Of a stretch of DNA of 248,000 nt, positions 152,391 through 167,630 are shown piece by piece. The notes below the pieces were generated by a model. It searched no databases, was not told where the DNA came from, and saw only the letters and a program-made list of their open reading frames with translations. The translations under genes and the position numbers were made by a program. Numbering within the stretch: position 1 is the first letter of the stretch; every line of letters begins with the position of its first letter. This stretch comes from Octopus vulgaris. Its lineage: Eukaryota. The stretch covers positions 39,948,001 to 40,196,000 of the forward strand of contig OX597834.1 of assembly GCA_951406725.2 (NCBI GenBank), in the 5' to 3' direction.

Positions 152391-152849
152391 ACAGTACAAT
152401 CTCTTCCTATCCCCTCTTCTTCTCAACCCCAAACCCCACCATGACAAGCAGCTGTTTTATTTCGTGTGTCAATTTCAATAAACTTGGAAAAGCAAATTCT
152501 AAAAATCTTGCTCAACAATAAAAAAAAAATAATAAAATAAAACCCTACCCTACACCCCACCCACTTCATTCCTCCACCCACAAACAAGATTTGAATCTTA
152601 ATTGATTAATTAAGAGGAGAGCCGAAAATAATTAATCAGTTACTGGATTAGATGTTTTACACGCTGCTGCTGCCGCTGCCACTGCTGCTTCTTCCACTCC
152701 CCAAATTCAGACAGTTATCTTCTACACTCTTTCAATTCATTCCAAAATAATGGTTTCCTTTCAGTTATTTTTCATGAGGCATCAAGCCAAAATTTCTAAG
152801 ATTACCGGCATTATTTTGCCATCCTTCAAATGTATGATGGCACCGGGAT

Positions 152850-152900
<51 letters not shown>

Positions 152901-153228
152901 TACACACATACACACAGACAAATAAATAAATACAAACACACACAAATACACACATATACAAATACACACACACACACACACATATACACATACACAAATA
153001 CCCACCCACACACACAAATACACACAGACAAATAAATACAAACATACACAAATACATACACACAAAAATACACACATATACAAATACACACATATATACA
153101 CATACACAAATACACACAAGCACAAACAGACACACACACACATAAATACACACAACACACACACAAATACACACACACACACACAAATACACACAACACA
153201 CACACAAATACACACAACACACACACAA

Positions 153229-153282
<54 letters not shown>

Positions 153283-154421
153283 GCTAATGTGTAGATATAT
153301 ATGCTAAGTCCACACAGAAGTTGTACTCAGAAGAGCAACTCAGGTGTAGCTGTGTGGTAAGAAGTTGGCTTCCCAACCACATGGTTCTGGGTTCAGTCCC
153401 ACTGCATAGACCCTTGGGAAGATGTCTTCTATAACTTCAAGATGATCAAAACCTTGTGTGTGTGTATATATACTCTTCGGGAATTTGGGGAGTGGGGGTT
153501 CTCCCTCTCCTCTCTACTTTCTGTAGATGAGCACAGGCTCGAAACATCGAAGATTTTTCATTTTCCCTGAGTGTCAAACTAATAGACCTTGTCTGTTGTT
153601 CCCTCCCCTGTCTCTGTTTTTTTGGGTTTTTGTACAGTTTTGAACCATTTGTGTGTGTGTGTGTGTGTTTGTAAGCATATTTGTCTTTTATCTTTCATCT
153701 TTTACTTGTTTTAGTCATTGGGTTGCGGCCATACTGGAGCACTGTTCTGAAAGGTTTTGGTCCCACTGCCGACACTACTTAAATCGTTTTGAAGTCTGAA
153801 CTGCTAAAGTACATGGATGTAAACAAACCCACACTGCCTGTCAAGGTCTTTCATTATCTTTTACTTGTTTTAGTCATTAGACTATGGCCATGCTGGAGTA
153901 CTGCCTGGAAGAATTTTTAATCAAATAAATCATCCCCGGTACTTATTTTTTAAAAATATGCTTACAAACACACTTACGCCAGTGTGTTTACGCCAATTCA
154001 GCAAAAATGACTGCTAGGATAAATACCAGGCTTAAAACCAAAATCCAAATGGGCGCTGGGGTCGATTCGTTCAACTAAAATTCTTTCAGGTGGTGCCACA
154101 GCATGGTTGCAGTCCAATGCCTGAGACAAGTAAAAACCGAAAAAATAAAAAGGGTCATTCTCAAAATCAATTGAAACAAAGGCTTCGTAATTCTCCAGAA
154201 AAATGGTGAGAGTGCTTCCACTGTTTACAAACACCTAACTGTAACACAAAAACAAGGTCCTCTGATCTATGGATAGATTCTTCCACTTTTTTTTTCTTTC
154301 TCTCCTAGCACCGGAGAGCCTGGAAAAGGTCACAAAGTTACTTCCTTCCTCAGCTGAAGACTAATGAAACAAACAACAAATGAAGTCCACAGAGATGATG
154401 ATGGTGATGGTGATGGTGATG

Positions 154422-154453
<32 letters not shown>

Positions 154454-154577
154454 AGTGGTGGCGGGGATGGTGGTGTTCGTGGTGGTGGTGGTCGCCGTGA
154501 TGGTGATGATGGTATTTCTCATGAGAATGAACAAAGATAAACTTATATTAGCCTCAAAGACAACAAACCATACAACA

Positions 154578-154639
<62 letters not shown>

Positions 154640-155024
154640 AATAAAATGAAAATAAAGGCAATAATTATATCTATTTATGTCTAATCTTTATCCGAGAAAA
154701 TTTCTCAGTCTCTTGATCTGATGTTGGTGGCGCTTTTGAAGTAAGAAAGAACAAACAAGAAAAAGAAAAAAAGAAAAAACAAAAAAAAACGAAATAATAA
154801 AGGGGGGAGATTAAAAACAACCACACAAAAAAACAAACAAACAAACGGACTTTTAAAAAAGTAAAAAAAAAAGAAAAAAACAGCAGAATAAAAACAAAAG
154901 TTTGATATGAGTAATGAGTGATATCAAAGACTAAAGATTAATAAATCTGTTTATTCTAGATTCCTCTAAAAGATGGTTCCAACAACAAATGCAATCTCAA
155001 GCCTGGTTTATTTCCTCTGATAGC

Positions 155025-155083
<59 letters not shown>

Positions 155084-156633
155084 TAATAATAATAAATAAT
155101 AATAATAATAATAATAATAAATAATTATAAATAATAATAATAATAATAATAATAATAGGGTATATTGGGCTTTGTATATCTGTACCCAAACACCACTTTG
155201 ATGGTGTGTGCTACTACTACTACTACTAATAATAATAATAATAATAATAATAATGATGATAATAATGATGATGATGATGATGATGATGATGATAAAATAG
155301 TAATTTGCAATTAGCCTAATTACCAAAAAGTTTTGATATTTGTTAAAGAATTTCTGTTGGTTCTAGTAGTGACCACCTCCCTCTAAACTATCAATTATAC
155401 TGTAAACAGTAGATTCCTTTCTTTCCTGATGACATTATATGGAATCGGTTATTAAAAAGAAGCCAAAAATATAAATGGTTTAGGCTTGGCTTTCAAGGGT
155501 TCCTTTATTTTTTTGTTGTTGTTGCTGTTGTTGTTGTTGTTTTCGTTCCTTTATTTGTGATTCTCTGTATTATGTTACTAATCATCTCCACTGCCACCAC
155601 ACTTACCATCACCACCACCACGACAATCACTGTCACCGCCACCACTACCTGTCTCACCACCAACAGCAACACCACTACCCTCACCATCATCGCCACCACC
155701 ACCACCACTGCCACAACTATCATCAGCACCACTACCACCACCAACATCACCCTCATCATCACCACTGCCGTCATCATCATAATCATCACTACCACCATCA
155801 TCATAATCACCAACACCATCGCTATCACCACCACCACCACCATGATCATCATCATCACTTCACATCTGTTTCTCCATGTTAGCATGGGTTTGAGGGATCT
155901 TCACCCACACAGCATCTCATCACATTTTTCTCCTTTCATCTTTTATTTGTTTTAGTCAGTGGGCTGCGGCCATACTGGGGCACTGCTCTGAAAGGTTTTG
156001 GTCCCATTGCCGACACTACTTAAATCATTTTGAAGTCTGAACTGCTAAAGTACATGGATGTAAACAAACCAACACTGCCTGTCGAAGTCTTTCATTAGCT
156101 TTTACTTGTTTTAGTCATTAGATTATGGCCATACTGGAGCACAAAGCTTGGTGCTTATTTGTAGTGATCCCTTTTGCCAAACTGCTAAGTTACGGGGACA
156201 TAAACACACCAACATCAGTTGTCAAGCAGAGGTGGGAAACAAACACAGACACAAAGACACACACACACACACACACGCATATACATGATGGGCTTCTTTC
156301 AGTTTCCATCTACCAGATCCATTCACAAGGCTTTGGTCAGCCCGAGGCTATAGTAGAAAAAAACTTGTCCAAGGTGCCAAGCAGTGGGACTGAACTCAGA
156401 ACCATGTGGTTGAGGATCAAGCTTCTCACCATGCAGCCACACCAAAGAACTCCTTATCAAGAATCTCTCAAAGAAATAGAGAAATTATCCAAATGAAAAA
156501 ACAAAAGGGGCTGGAAATAGAGATAACCAGGAATGTAAGGGGCTGAAAAACAGAAACAATCCCAATAGATAAGGGGTGCATTGAGATTGATAAGAATGTG
156601 CAAAACACACACAACCAAAACCACACAACTTAC

Positions 156634-156679
156634 AAATATGCACAACATGCAAAAATTTGGCAGGAAGAACTGCACACAT
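156634..156679 (-). CDS. Weak candidate alternative exon: MCAVLPAKFLHVVHI
   Basis: aatATG, 15 codons + 1 nt, donor TTT|gtaagt, phase 1; no homology recognised. Confidence 0.2.
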
Positions 156680-156804
156680 ATTAAAGTAGTGCACTCTCAG
156701 TTCAGTAAATAAAACACTGCATATACTAAGAAAAAAAAAAGAAGAAAAAGAAGGAAAACCTCTTCTCAGCTGTGCAGTGAAAACAAAGAAGAACACTGAA
156801 AGAC

Positions 156805-156840
<36 letters not shown>

Positions 156841-156870
156841 TAATAATAATAATAAATAATAATAATGATC

Positions 156871-156914
<44 letters not shown>

Positions 156915-156937
156915 TAATAATGATCATAATAATGATG

Positions 156938-156981
<44 letters not shown>

Positions 156982-157004
156982 TAATAATGATCATAATAAT
157001 GATG

Positions 157005-157059
<55 letters not shown>

Positions 157060-157073
157060 TCATAATAATGATG

Positions 157074-157122
<49 letters not shown>

Positions 157123-157136
157123 TCATAATAATGATG

Positions 157137-157175
<39 letters not shown>

Positions 157176-157198
157176 GATAAATGATAATAATAATGATC

Positions 157199-157242
<44 letters not shown>

Positions 157243-157265
157243 TAATAATGATCATAATAATGATG

Positions 157266-157306
<41 letters not shown>

Positions 157307-157329
157307 TAATAATGATCATAATAATGATG

Positions 157330-157371
<42 letters not shown>

Positions 157372-157394
157372 GATAAATGATAATAATAATGATC

Positions 157395-157438
<44 letters not shown>

Positions 157439-157461
157439 TAATAATGATCATAATAATGATG

Positions 157462-157502
<41 letters not shown>

Positions 157503-157525
157503 TAATAATGATCATAATAATGATG

Positions 157526-157564
<39 letters not shown>

Positions 157565-157587
157565 GATAAATGATAATAATAATGATC

Positions 157588-157634
<47 letters not shown>

Positions 157635-157657
157635 TAATAATGATCATAATAATGATG

Positions 157658-157698
<41 letters not shown>

Positions 157699-157721
157699 TA
157701 ATAATGATCATAATAATGATG

Positions 157722-157766
<45 letters not shown>

Positions 157767-157789
157767 GATAAATGATAATAATAATGATC

Positions 157790-157833
<44 letters not shown>

Positions 157834-157856
157834 TAATAATGATCATAATAATGATG

Positions 157857-157897
<41 letters not shown>

Positions 157898-157920
157898 TAA
157901 TAATGATCATAATAATGATG

Positions 157921-157959
<39 letters not shown>

Positions 157960-157982
157960 GATAAATGATAATAATAATGATC

Positions 157983-158026
<44 letters not shown>

Positions 158027-158049
158027 TAATAATGATCATAATAATGATG

Positions 158050-158090
<41 letters not shown>

Positions 158091-158113
158091 TAATAATGAT
158101 CATAATAATGATG

Positions 158114-158152
<39 letters not shown>

Positions 158153-158175
158153 GATAAATGATAATAATAATGATC

Positions 158176-158222
<47 letters not shown>

Positions 158223-158245
158223 TAATAATGATCATAATAATGATG

Positions 158246-158277
<32 letters not shown>

Positions 158278-158303
158278 TAATAATGATCATAATAATGATG
158301 ATC

Positions 158304-158359
<56 letters not shown>

Positions 158360-158382
158360 TAATAATGATCATAATAATGATG

Positions 158383-158424
<42 letters not shown>

Positions 158425-158444
158425 GATAAATGATAATAATAATG

Positions 158445-158490
<46 letters not shown>

Positions 158491-158513
158491 TAATAATGAT
158501 CATAATAATGATG

Positions 158514-158551
<38 letters not shown>

Positions 158552-158992
158552 TAATAATGATCATAATAATAATAATAAATAATAATGATCATAATAATGA
158601 TGATAATAATGATAATGATAATGATAATAATAATGATGATAATGTTAATGATAATAATGATGATGATAATAATGATGATGATAATGATAATAATAATAAT
158701 AATGATGATGATAATAATGATGATGATAATGATAATGATAATAATGATGATAATGTTAATGATAATAATGATTATGATGATAATAATGATAATGATAATA
158801 ATGATGATGATAATAATGATGATGATAATAATGATGATTATAATAAAAATAATAATAATAATGATGATGATAATAATGATAATAATGATGATTATAATAA
158901 TGATAATAATGATGATTATAATAAAAATAATAATAATAATGATGATGATAATGATAATAATAATGATGGTAATAATGATAATGATGATGATT

Positions 158993-159025
<33 letters not shown>
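156805..159025. repeat. Compound (AAT)n/(GAT)n microsatellite with an about 195-bp higher-order period
   Basis: aaatgataaatgataataataatgatcat marker recurs about every 195 bp from 157170 to 158440. Confidence 0.85.
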
Positions 159026-159027
<2 letters not shown>

Positions 159028-159028
<1 letters not shown>

Positions 159029-159582
159029 CCCTGATGCAATACCAGGCAGTGGCTCTCGTGGCTTCTGATCTTAACTGATTGGAAGTGTTATCATGTACAT
159101 TGTTTTGTCTTGGTATAAAAGATGGGCTACAGCAAATATTCTGCTCAATACCCAAGATTTGCTTGTCAGTTGTTTGACCATAACCAGTTGAGCATGTTCC
159201 TTGGTGGCTGATGATATGTGCATCTCTGATCACGAGCAGAAGTAGTGGGGGAGCATCGTAGCCATGTGTTGAGAAGGATTCTTTGGAGCTTGAATAAATC
159301 ACCTCTGGAAACATGGGTGGTTCATTCAACATCCTTAAACAACCCTTATCCAGGGACCTTTTGAACGGGATGGGCTACTCAACCTGAAGAAATTTCTAAC
159401 TGGGCCCCACCTGCAATGTCATGTGCTGTTTATCTTGATATGAGATCACCATGTCGCATACATATGGTTGTGAAGCATGTGCCTGGTGTACCCTTATCAG
159501 ACGGGTAGTCATGACGATTATATTAGGCTTCATATAACTGTACCCCAGTATCACTTTGATGGCATGCACTACTCTCTCACTC
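159028..159582 (+). mobile_element. About 555-bp non-coding element with fixed ends embedded in (TAA/GAT)n (full copies also at 169682-170245 -, 218836-219374 -; partial at about 3715, 6840, 124460, 178944, 240443)
   Basis: All full copies run gccctgatgca(g/a)tacc ... ctctctcactc and abut TAA/ATC repeats at both ends; no ORF, TIR or A/B box recognised. Confidence 0.75.
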
Positions 159583-159613
<31 letters not shown>

Positions 159614-159700
159614 GGAATAAATAAATCTGTCTTCAGTAAGGATAACAAAAAGAAAGAAAAACTAAAAGGACAAAGGAAGAATGAAGATAAAATGCTGTAC

Positions 159701-159760
159701 CTTGTAAACTTCGGTTGCAAGACTCCAAAGCTCTTGATCTGAAGAAACTTTCAGTTGATA
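159701..159760 (-). CDS. Candidate 60-nt symmetric cassette exon: (V)STESFFRSRALESCNRSLQ in phase 1-1
   Basis: Acceptor ttattgttttattttag, donor CAAG|gtacag; length a multiple of 3; open in the phase that links the 227515 donor to the 49174 acceptor. Confidence 0.5.
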
Positions 159761-161447
159761 CTAAAATAAAACAATAAAATAAAACATTAATAAATACAAA
159801 AAAAAAAACAAATTTCAGTTTAATTCTTGAAAACATCTTAAGACAAAAATAACTGTTTCAAAATCTGGCCAAAGGCCAGTTTCTTAAATTTTGGCCCATG
159901 GCCCCATAGTTTTAGGGAGAAGAGATTAGTCGGTTGTGTCATCCACCCACCCTGGTACTTGACCTGGTACTGCATTTTATTGACCCCCCCACATCCCCCA
160001 CTAAAAGGGTAAAAAGCAAAGCTGACCTTGGCAGAATTTGAACTTGAAATGTAAAGAGAATAAAACAAAATATAGGTGCAGGCATGGCTGTGTGGTAAGA
160101 AGCTTGTTTCCCAACCACATGGTTCCAGGTTCAGTTCCAGTGTGTGGTACCTAGGACAAGAATCTTTACTATAGTTTTGAGATAACCAAAGCTTTATGAG
160201 TGGATTCAGTAGATGGAAACTGAAAGAAGCCCGTTGTGTGTGTGTCCATGGATGATTTGACTGAGGTCTGGCAAAACCAGACTCCAATCTGATCTGGCAG
160301 AGTTTCTACAGCTGGATGCCCTTCCTAATGCCAACCACTCCAAGAGTGTAGTGGGTGCTTTTACGTGCTACCGGCACTAGGGCCAGCTAGGTGGTACTGG
160401 CTACGGCCACACTCAGATGGTGCTTTTTATTAGCCACCTACACAGGAGCCAGTCCAGCGGCACTGGCAACAACATCACTCGAATGTTTTTTCACGTGCAC
160501 CCGGCACAAGTGCCAGTAAGGTGATACAGGTAACGATCATGCTTGAATGGTGTTTTTAACGTGCCATCAGCACAAAGGCCAGCTTGTTGCTCTGGCAACG
160601 ATCTCACTGGTATGGTACTCTTAGCACTCCACTAGCAATGGATGCCAGTCACCGAGTTTGATTTTGATTTCACTTGCCTCATCAGGTCTTCGCAAGCAGA
160701 GTTTAGTGTCCAATGAAGGAAAAGCACACATAAGCGGACTGGTTACACCCCTGGCGTAGGCCACAAGGTTATGGTCTCACTTGCGCTTGCCGAGTCCTGA
160801 ATGTATAATGAAATGTGAAAATTGACAATTCAAAGTCTGTTCCCAGCACACTCGCACAAGTATGTATATGTGTGTGTATAAGTGTTTGTGTGTATGTGTG
160901 TGTATATATATATATATATAAGTATGTATATATCTGTATATCTGTGTGTGTATGTGCACATTTGTGTATAAGTGTTTGTGTGCATGTATAGGTGTATGTC
161001 TATATATGTGGTGTATAAGTCTAAGCACACATGGGTATACATGTATGTATGTGTGTATGTCTGTGTTTGTCCCCCTAGCATTGCTTGACAACCGATGCTG
161101 GTGTGTTTACGTCCCCGTCACTTAGTGATTCGGCAAAAGAATAAGTACTGGGCTTACAAAGATTAAGTCCCGGGGTCGATTTGCTCGACTAAAGGCAGTG
161201 CTCCAGCATGGGCGCAGTCAAACACAGAGAGGACAAACAAGGACAGACAAACGGATTAAGTCGATTACATCGACCCCAGTGCGAAACTGGTACTTAATTT
161301 ATCGACCCCGAAAAGATGAAAGGCAAAGTCGACCGCAGTGGAATTTGAACCCAGAACGTAATGGCAGACGAAACACAGCTACGCATTTCGCCCGGCGTGC
161401 TAACGTTTCTGCCAGCTCACCGCCTTTACATACACACATATATATAT

Positions 161448-161502
<55 letters not shown>

Positions 161503-161942
161503 CATACACACACACATACATACACACATACACACACATACACAAATACACACACATATACACACACACATATCCATGCACGCACACAAAATGTATACAC
161601 ACACACACACACCATCAAACACACACCCCCTTCCTTCCACAGTGCTGTGACACAGTTCTAGCTAATAACTCCATTATCACTTGTTCAATGAATGTCTTGT
161701 GTGTTGTTATTTAAAAGTCAGTCCTTCAGCAAGAAAAGACAGCTCTTTGTTGGCATTGAACTGGATCCATTATTGAAATATTCCCGTTTCAGAAACAGTT
161801 TCGCTCTTCATAAATGTCACCACACGAGGAAGAAACTTCCTAACATAGGATTACGTGTTTCTACATCTGTATCTGTATGCGTATGTGTGTGTGTGTTTGC
161901 GTTTGAAAGAGGAAGATATATATATGTATGTGTGTGTATATA

Positions 161943-161996
<54 letters not shown>

Positions 161997-162186
161997 TATG
162001 TATATATATATATATATTATATATATATATATATGTAGAGGTGTGTATACATGTTTGAGTGTGGGGGGATGTGTTTGAAAGAGGGAGAGATATAAATAAG
162101 TTCACACACACACACACACACACAGATTTAAACAGGGGTGAGTGTCTCTGTGTTTGTATGTGTGTCTCTGAAAGGAAGAGAGGAGT

Positions 162187-162252
<66 letters not shown>

Positions 162253-162905
162253 AGTGCATGTGTGTGAGTGCATGTGTGTGTATAAGGGACTGTACTTGTA
162301 TATGCCTCTGTGTGTGTGTGTGTGCACGTGTGGTGTGTGTGTGTGTTTGACATAGAGAGAGATAGACAGAGAGTGACAGGATATTCTTTTTTATAAATAA
162401 GTCTGTATTTCATATTTATAAATGGAGGGAGTTGTTCAAAAGAGATCACAACTAGAACTGTAACAGCATATGAGAGAGGGAGTGATTGAGGGGGAGGGCT
162501 AGGAATGAGAGGCTGCAAGATAGAGGGGAGAGGGGGAGAGAGAAGTTGTGAGTAAGAGAGAGAGGAGAGGCCGAGAAAGAAAGAGAGATAGGCATAGAGA
162601 GAGAGAGAGAGATAGGTTGGAAGCAAGGAAGGGGTCGAGAGAGAGTGGGGAAAGGCCGTGAGAGAGGAGAGGTCAAGAGAGAGGAGCTGGGAAGGAAGGA
162701 GAGAAGCAAGCAAGCAAGGATTGAAGAAAGAAAGGAAGGAAGGAAGGAAGGAAGGAAGGAAGAAAAGAAGGAAGGAAGGAAGGAAGAAAGAAAGACAGGG
162801 AGGAGGAAAGGGAAGAAAGAAAGATGGGGAGGAGGAAAGGGAAGAAAGAAAGATGAGGAGGAGGAAAGGGAAGAAAGAAAGGAAGAAAGACGGGGAAGAG
162901 GAAAG

Positions 162906-162951
<46 letters not shown>

Positions 162952-163472
162952 CAGGAGAAGGGAAGGGGAGGGAAGAAAGAAAGAAAAAAAGGAAGAAAGG
163001 GCTGAATGGGGGAGAGAGAGATGCAGAGAAAGTGCATCCAGGAAAATTATCAATGAATAAAACAGAACATAAAAAATATCAATAACCTCTGAAACTCCCA
163101 ATTCCATTTGTGATAATTAGAAGACTTGGAAGACCAAAGAACTTGGTAACAAGGAAGCAACAACAACATGGGAACTCTATGCGTCTTATTCATTGTAATT
163201 CCTTAATTCAAAATTCACCCAAATAATCCCACCAAATATTATGAAGAAAGGATTATCTCCCTTGTATACTTGTAATTATTGTCTGCTAGGGGACACCAAA
163301 TGTTTAAAAAACAGTTTCCATGTTAAAGTAAACGGTAACCTTCCATTCCATTCCAACTAACTCACTGCTGACACCCACACTCCACTGTGGTGCATTTACA
163401 GACACATGCATGCATACATACATACATACATGCATACATACATACATACATGCATGAATGAATGACTGCATG

Positions 163473-163506
<34 letters not shown>

Positions 163507-163961
163507 TAGTAAATCCAAAAACGAAGAACAAACATAAAAAACTACAATGCGAGGACACGGTACATATAAAGTATTAGCAGACACTCAGGGAAGGAAAGAA
163601 AGCTGGTTTAATGTTTCGAGCAGATGCTCTTCTTTGGAAACAGATGAAAGTCCAATAGAAGGGAAGACGGAGGAAGAAAATCGCCGATTCACATATAGTT
163701 ACATTTTGAAAATCCTATATACACACACACATACACACACAGAGGGTGCTGAAAAGTTCCCAGCTTTAGGTAAAGAAAAATACAGGAGGATCCGTTAATT
163801 ATGATTTTATTCAGCATATTCCTCCTCTCAGATTCATGTGCTTATTGCGATGGTCCTTCAGTTTCTCTAAGCCCAATAAAAGAACTTGAAAGATTTGGGT
163901 ACCAACCAGGCCTTTCATGATACCCTTAAAGCTAGGAACTTTTCAGCATCCCCTCATACAT

Positions 163962-164002
<41 letters not shown>

Positions 164003-165394
164003 AATTAAGGACTGAACACGAAAAAGTGGACAGTCATATACATATATATATATATACAGGGAGGATGGTGCTGAAAAATTCTCAGCTTCAGGTAAAGGAA
164101 AGTACAGGAGCATCAGTTGTGATTTTATTTAAAGCCAGGAACTTTAAAACCAGGAACTTTAAAACCAGGAACTTTTCAGCAAACCCCTCATAAGCGTGTG
164201 TGTATGTCTGTGCATGTATGTCTGTAGGAAAAGTGTAAATATGTATGAAGCTCTTTCTCTCTTTTTCTTTCAACAGACACACACACGTATATATGCATGC
164301 ATACCTGTATGCATATATACATGCATATGTGCATGTACGCACATACATGTAGAACAGACCATGACCGACCACAAAGATCTTTCACCAGGGTCACTGCTGC
164401 TGCCCCTTACTCCATTAAAACTAAACCATTAAAACAAAATTGAAAGCAAAAAATAAACCAAAAAAACAAAAAAACCATAGACAGAACTAATGATCTGTGT
164501 GTGGTGGTGGGGGTGGGGTAGTGGTGGGGGTGGTGGCAAGAAGTTCCGAGCAGAAGTGGATGCCGAGGGGTGGGGGCCATTTATGGTTATTGCAGCTGGC
164601 ACCGCACATCAAGTTATTCTAGTTTCAGGTTCCTCATCATTAGTCTGAATACAACGGAGTTTATTGTCTGACCTACAGAAGCACGGAGAGGAAGGACGTA
164701 AAAACAATAACAGACCAAGTACCATCATTGCCAGTGGTGATGATGATGATGATGATGGTGGTAGTGGCGATGATGAGGATGATGATGATGATGGTGGTGG
164801 TAGTGGCGATGATGATGGATGATGATGGTGGTGGTTGTGGTGAAGGTGATGATGGAAGTAATTGTGGAGGTGAAGGTGATGGTGATGAGGGTGGTGGTGT
164901 ATGTGGTGGTGGTGGTGGTGGTGGTGGTATGGTGATGGTAATGACGGAGGTATGATGGTGATGATGGTGATGGTGGTGGTAGTGGTGGTGTTGGAAGTAG
165001 TTGCGGTAGTGAAGGCATGATGATGAGGGCAGTGGTATATGTGGTGGTGGTGGTGGTATTGTGATGGTAATGACAGTGGTATGATGTTGATGATGGTGAT
165101 GATGATGGTGGTGGTGGTGGTGGAAGTAGTTGTGGTAGTGAAGGTATGGTGATAGTGATGAGGGCAGCGGTGTATGTGGTGGTGGTGGTGGTGGTGGTAT
165201 TGTGATGGTAATGACAGTATGATGTTGATGATGGTGATGATGATGATGATAGCTGTGGTGGTGGCCATGACTATGCTGAATGTGATGATGGGGGTGGTTG
165301 TGGCAATGATTACGATGAAGATATTGATAATAAGACTAATATACATTCATAAATAGCAAGAAATCTATATACATATACCAACATTCATATATAT

Positions 165395-165433
<39 letters not shown>

Positions 165434-165882
165434 GCATATATATTCTCGTAACAGAAGTAATTTCAATATGACTGATTATGCATATATCCTTGTGTTTGAG
165501 TGTGTATGTGTATATATATATAGATGTATGTATGTATGTATGTATATACATACACAAGTGTGCACTGGTGTGTTGAATGTTAATGGTGAGGAAACAATAA
165601 ATTGGATTATAACAAATGTTGTAATAATATTAATTCGTTAGACAAAACTGAGGTTGTTTTGGTTGATTATGGATAATTTTTACAGAATTTATACAACAGT
165701 ATCTATCTTTTTATGTGTGTGTATATATATATATATTTATTTATACAAGTGTGTATATGTATGTGCCTATATATGTGTATTGTGTATATATTTTGTGTGC
165801 ATATATATATATATATGCACACACACATTATATATACATACATACATATACACATTTGCATAAATATCTATACATACACACA

Positions 165883-165940
<58 letters not shown>

Positions 165941-166051
165941 TACATACACATATGTGCATGCATACATACACACACATACATACATGTATATGGAGGGGGA
166001 GAGAACTTCATAGACGCTGACCTATACATACCAAAATATATAGATACACAT

Positions 166052-166104
<53 letters not shown>

Positions 166105-166768
166105 AAACTGACACACATGCACCCACATGTATTTATACACACATCTTGCATACACATAAGCATATACGTGTATAGAAATGTTAACATTTCCGTCAAAAGG
166201 CATTTATTAAAATACTTTCACGCTCGTTATCACACGAATAAACTGATATTAAATCAATATTAGCAAGTCAATAAACCAATATTTAATCAATATACTGTGT
166301 CAATATCAGAAGTCGAGGCGGAACACATCAACAAAATAATGTAATTGAAAATCTATGTTACTTTGCAGAATTGACATGAAAATTCCTGGTCAATTTGACG
166401 GGAAACAATGGCAAAGTGAAACTAACCAGAATGGCGTGTAGCAATTATAAATATATATAAAAAAGAAAAAAAAATGGTTTTATTAGGAAACTTATTAAAA
166501 ACGGAATCAGGCCAAATCTTATGTAATGAAATTAGCCGGTTCCCAACCTGTTGTACATTCTTAAAATCAAACAGGCGTATCATATAATATTACATATATA
166601 TATATAGGGTGCAAGCATGGCTGTGTGGTAGGGAGCTTGCTTGCCAAAACACATGGCTCTCAGTCTGGGTTCATTCCCGCTGTGTGGTCCCTTTAGTATA
166701 CTTCTGGTATAGCGCCAAGCTGACCAAAGCCTTGTGAGATGATGTAGTGGACAGAAAGTGAAAGAAGC

Positions 166769-166833
<65 letters not shown>

Positions 166834-167020
166834 ATCTAAATATACAACCAAAAGATTGCTTTAAAATACATGGCGTATTTTATAGTTACGCCTGTTCAAA
166901 TATCATAAAAGTGTGAAACTATTGGTAGCTCTTTCGGTTGTGTATTTAATTTGATATTTATCTCTCATTAAATGAAGAGCTTTTTTTTTTGTTGATTCTA
167001 ACTCCATTGAATCTTTAAAC

Positions 167021-167072
<52 letters not shown>

Positions 167073-167074
167073 CC

Positions 167075-167630
167075 AGATAGGGAAGCTGAAATCTCAAAGA
167101 GAATAAGGAAAGGATGGAATGCCTTTAACTCAATAAAGGATGCTCTTGAAATGAAGTTGGATAATACCATAGATGCCAAAACTCTTCAACGGCACCATAC
167201 TTCTTGTATTCTTATATTCAAGTGAGATGTGGGCAACAAGGAAGAGGAGAAAACATCAATCCACTGAAACACATGGAAAGACTGGTGTGAGGAATATCAT
167301 GATGAGAGCATGTTTGAGATGAGATAATTGAAGAACGGAATGGAGTGAATGATGTGATCTGAGAATACTGAAAATACAAGTTCCATTGAGTTGAACATGT
167401 CACAAGATTCACAGACAACAGGTGGACCCATGCAGTTGCCAAGAGGTATCAAAGTGATCGGAAAAGGCCCCTTGGAAAGCCTCTACGCTGATGGGAAAAT
167501 GATTTTTAATTAAGTAATTTGCGTTCAAGATGAGAAAGAATAATACAATCAAGACGGAACTGGAAATGCACTGTGGCCAGCGGGATGTAACAGCATCTGA
167601 GGGTCTGGTCAATACTATGAGATATAAAAG
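167075..167630 (+). mobile_element. Decayed RTE-clade LINE 3' region
   Basis: EISKRIRKGWNAFNSIK and HVTRFTDNRWT...RKRPLGKP segments with frameshifts. Confidence 0.65.

Noticed and set aside
164600-164675. Minus-strand exon candidate with strong acceptor (…cttctgtag|GTCAGAC)
   Set aside because: All frames hit a stop before any plausible donor.
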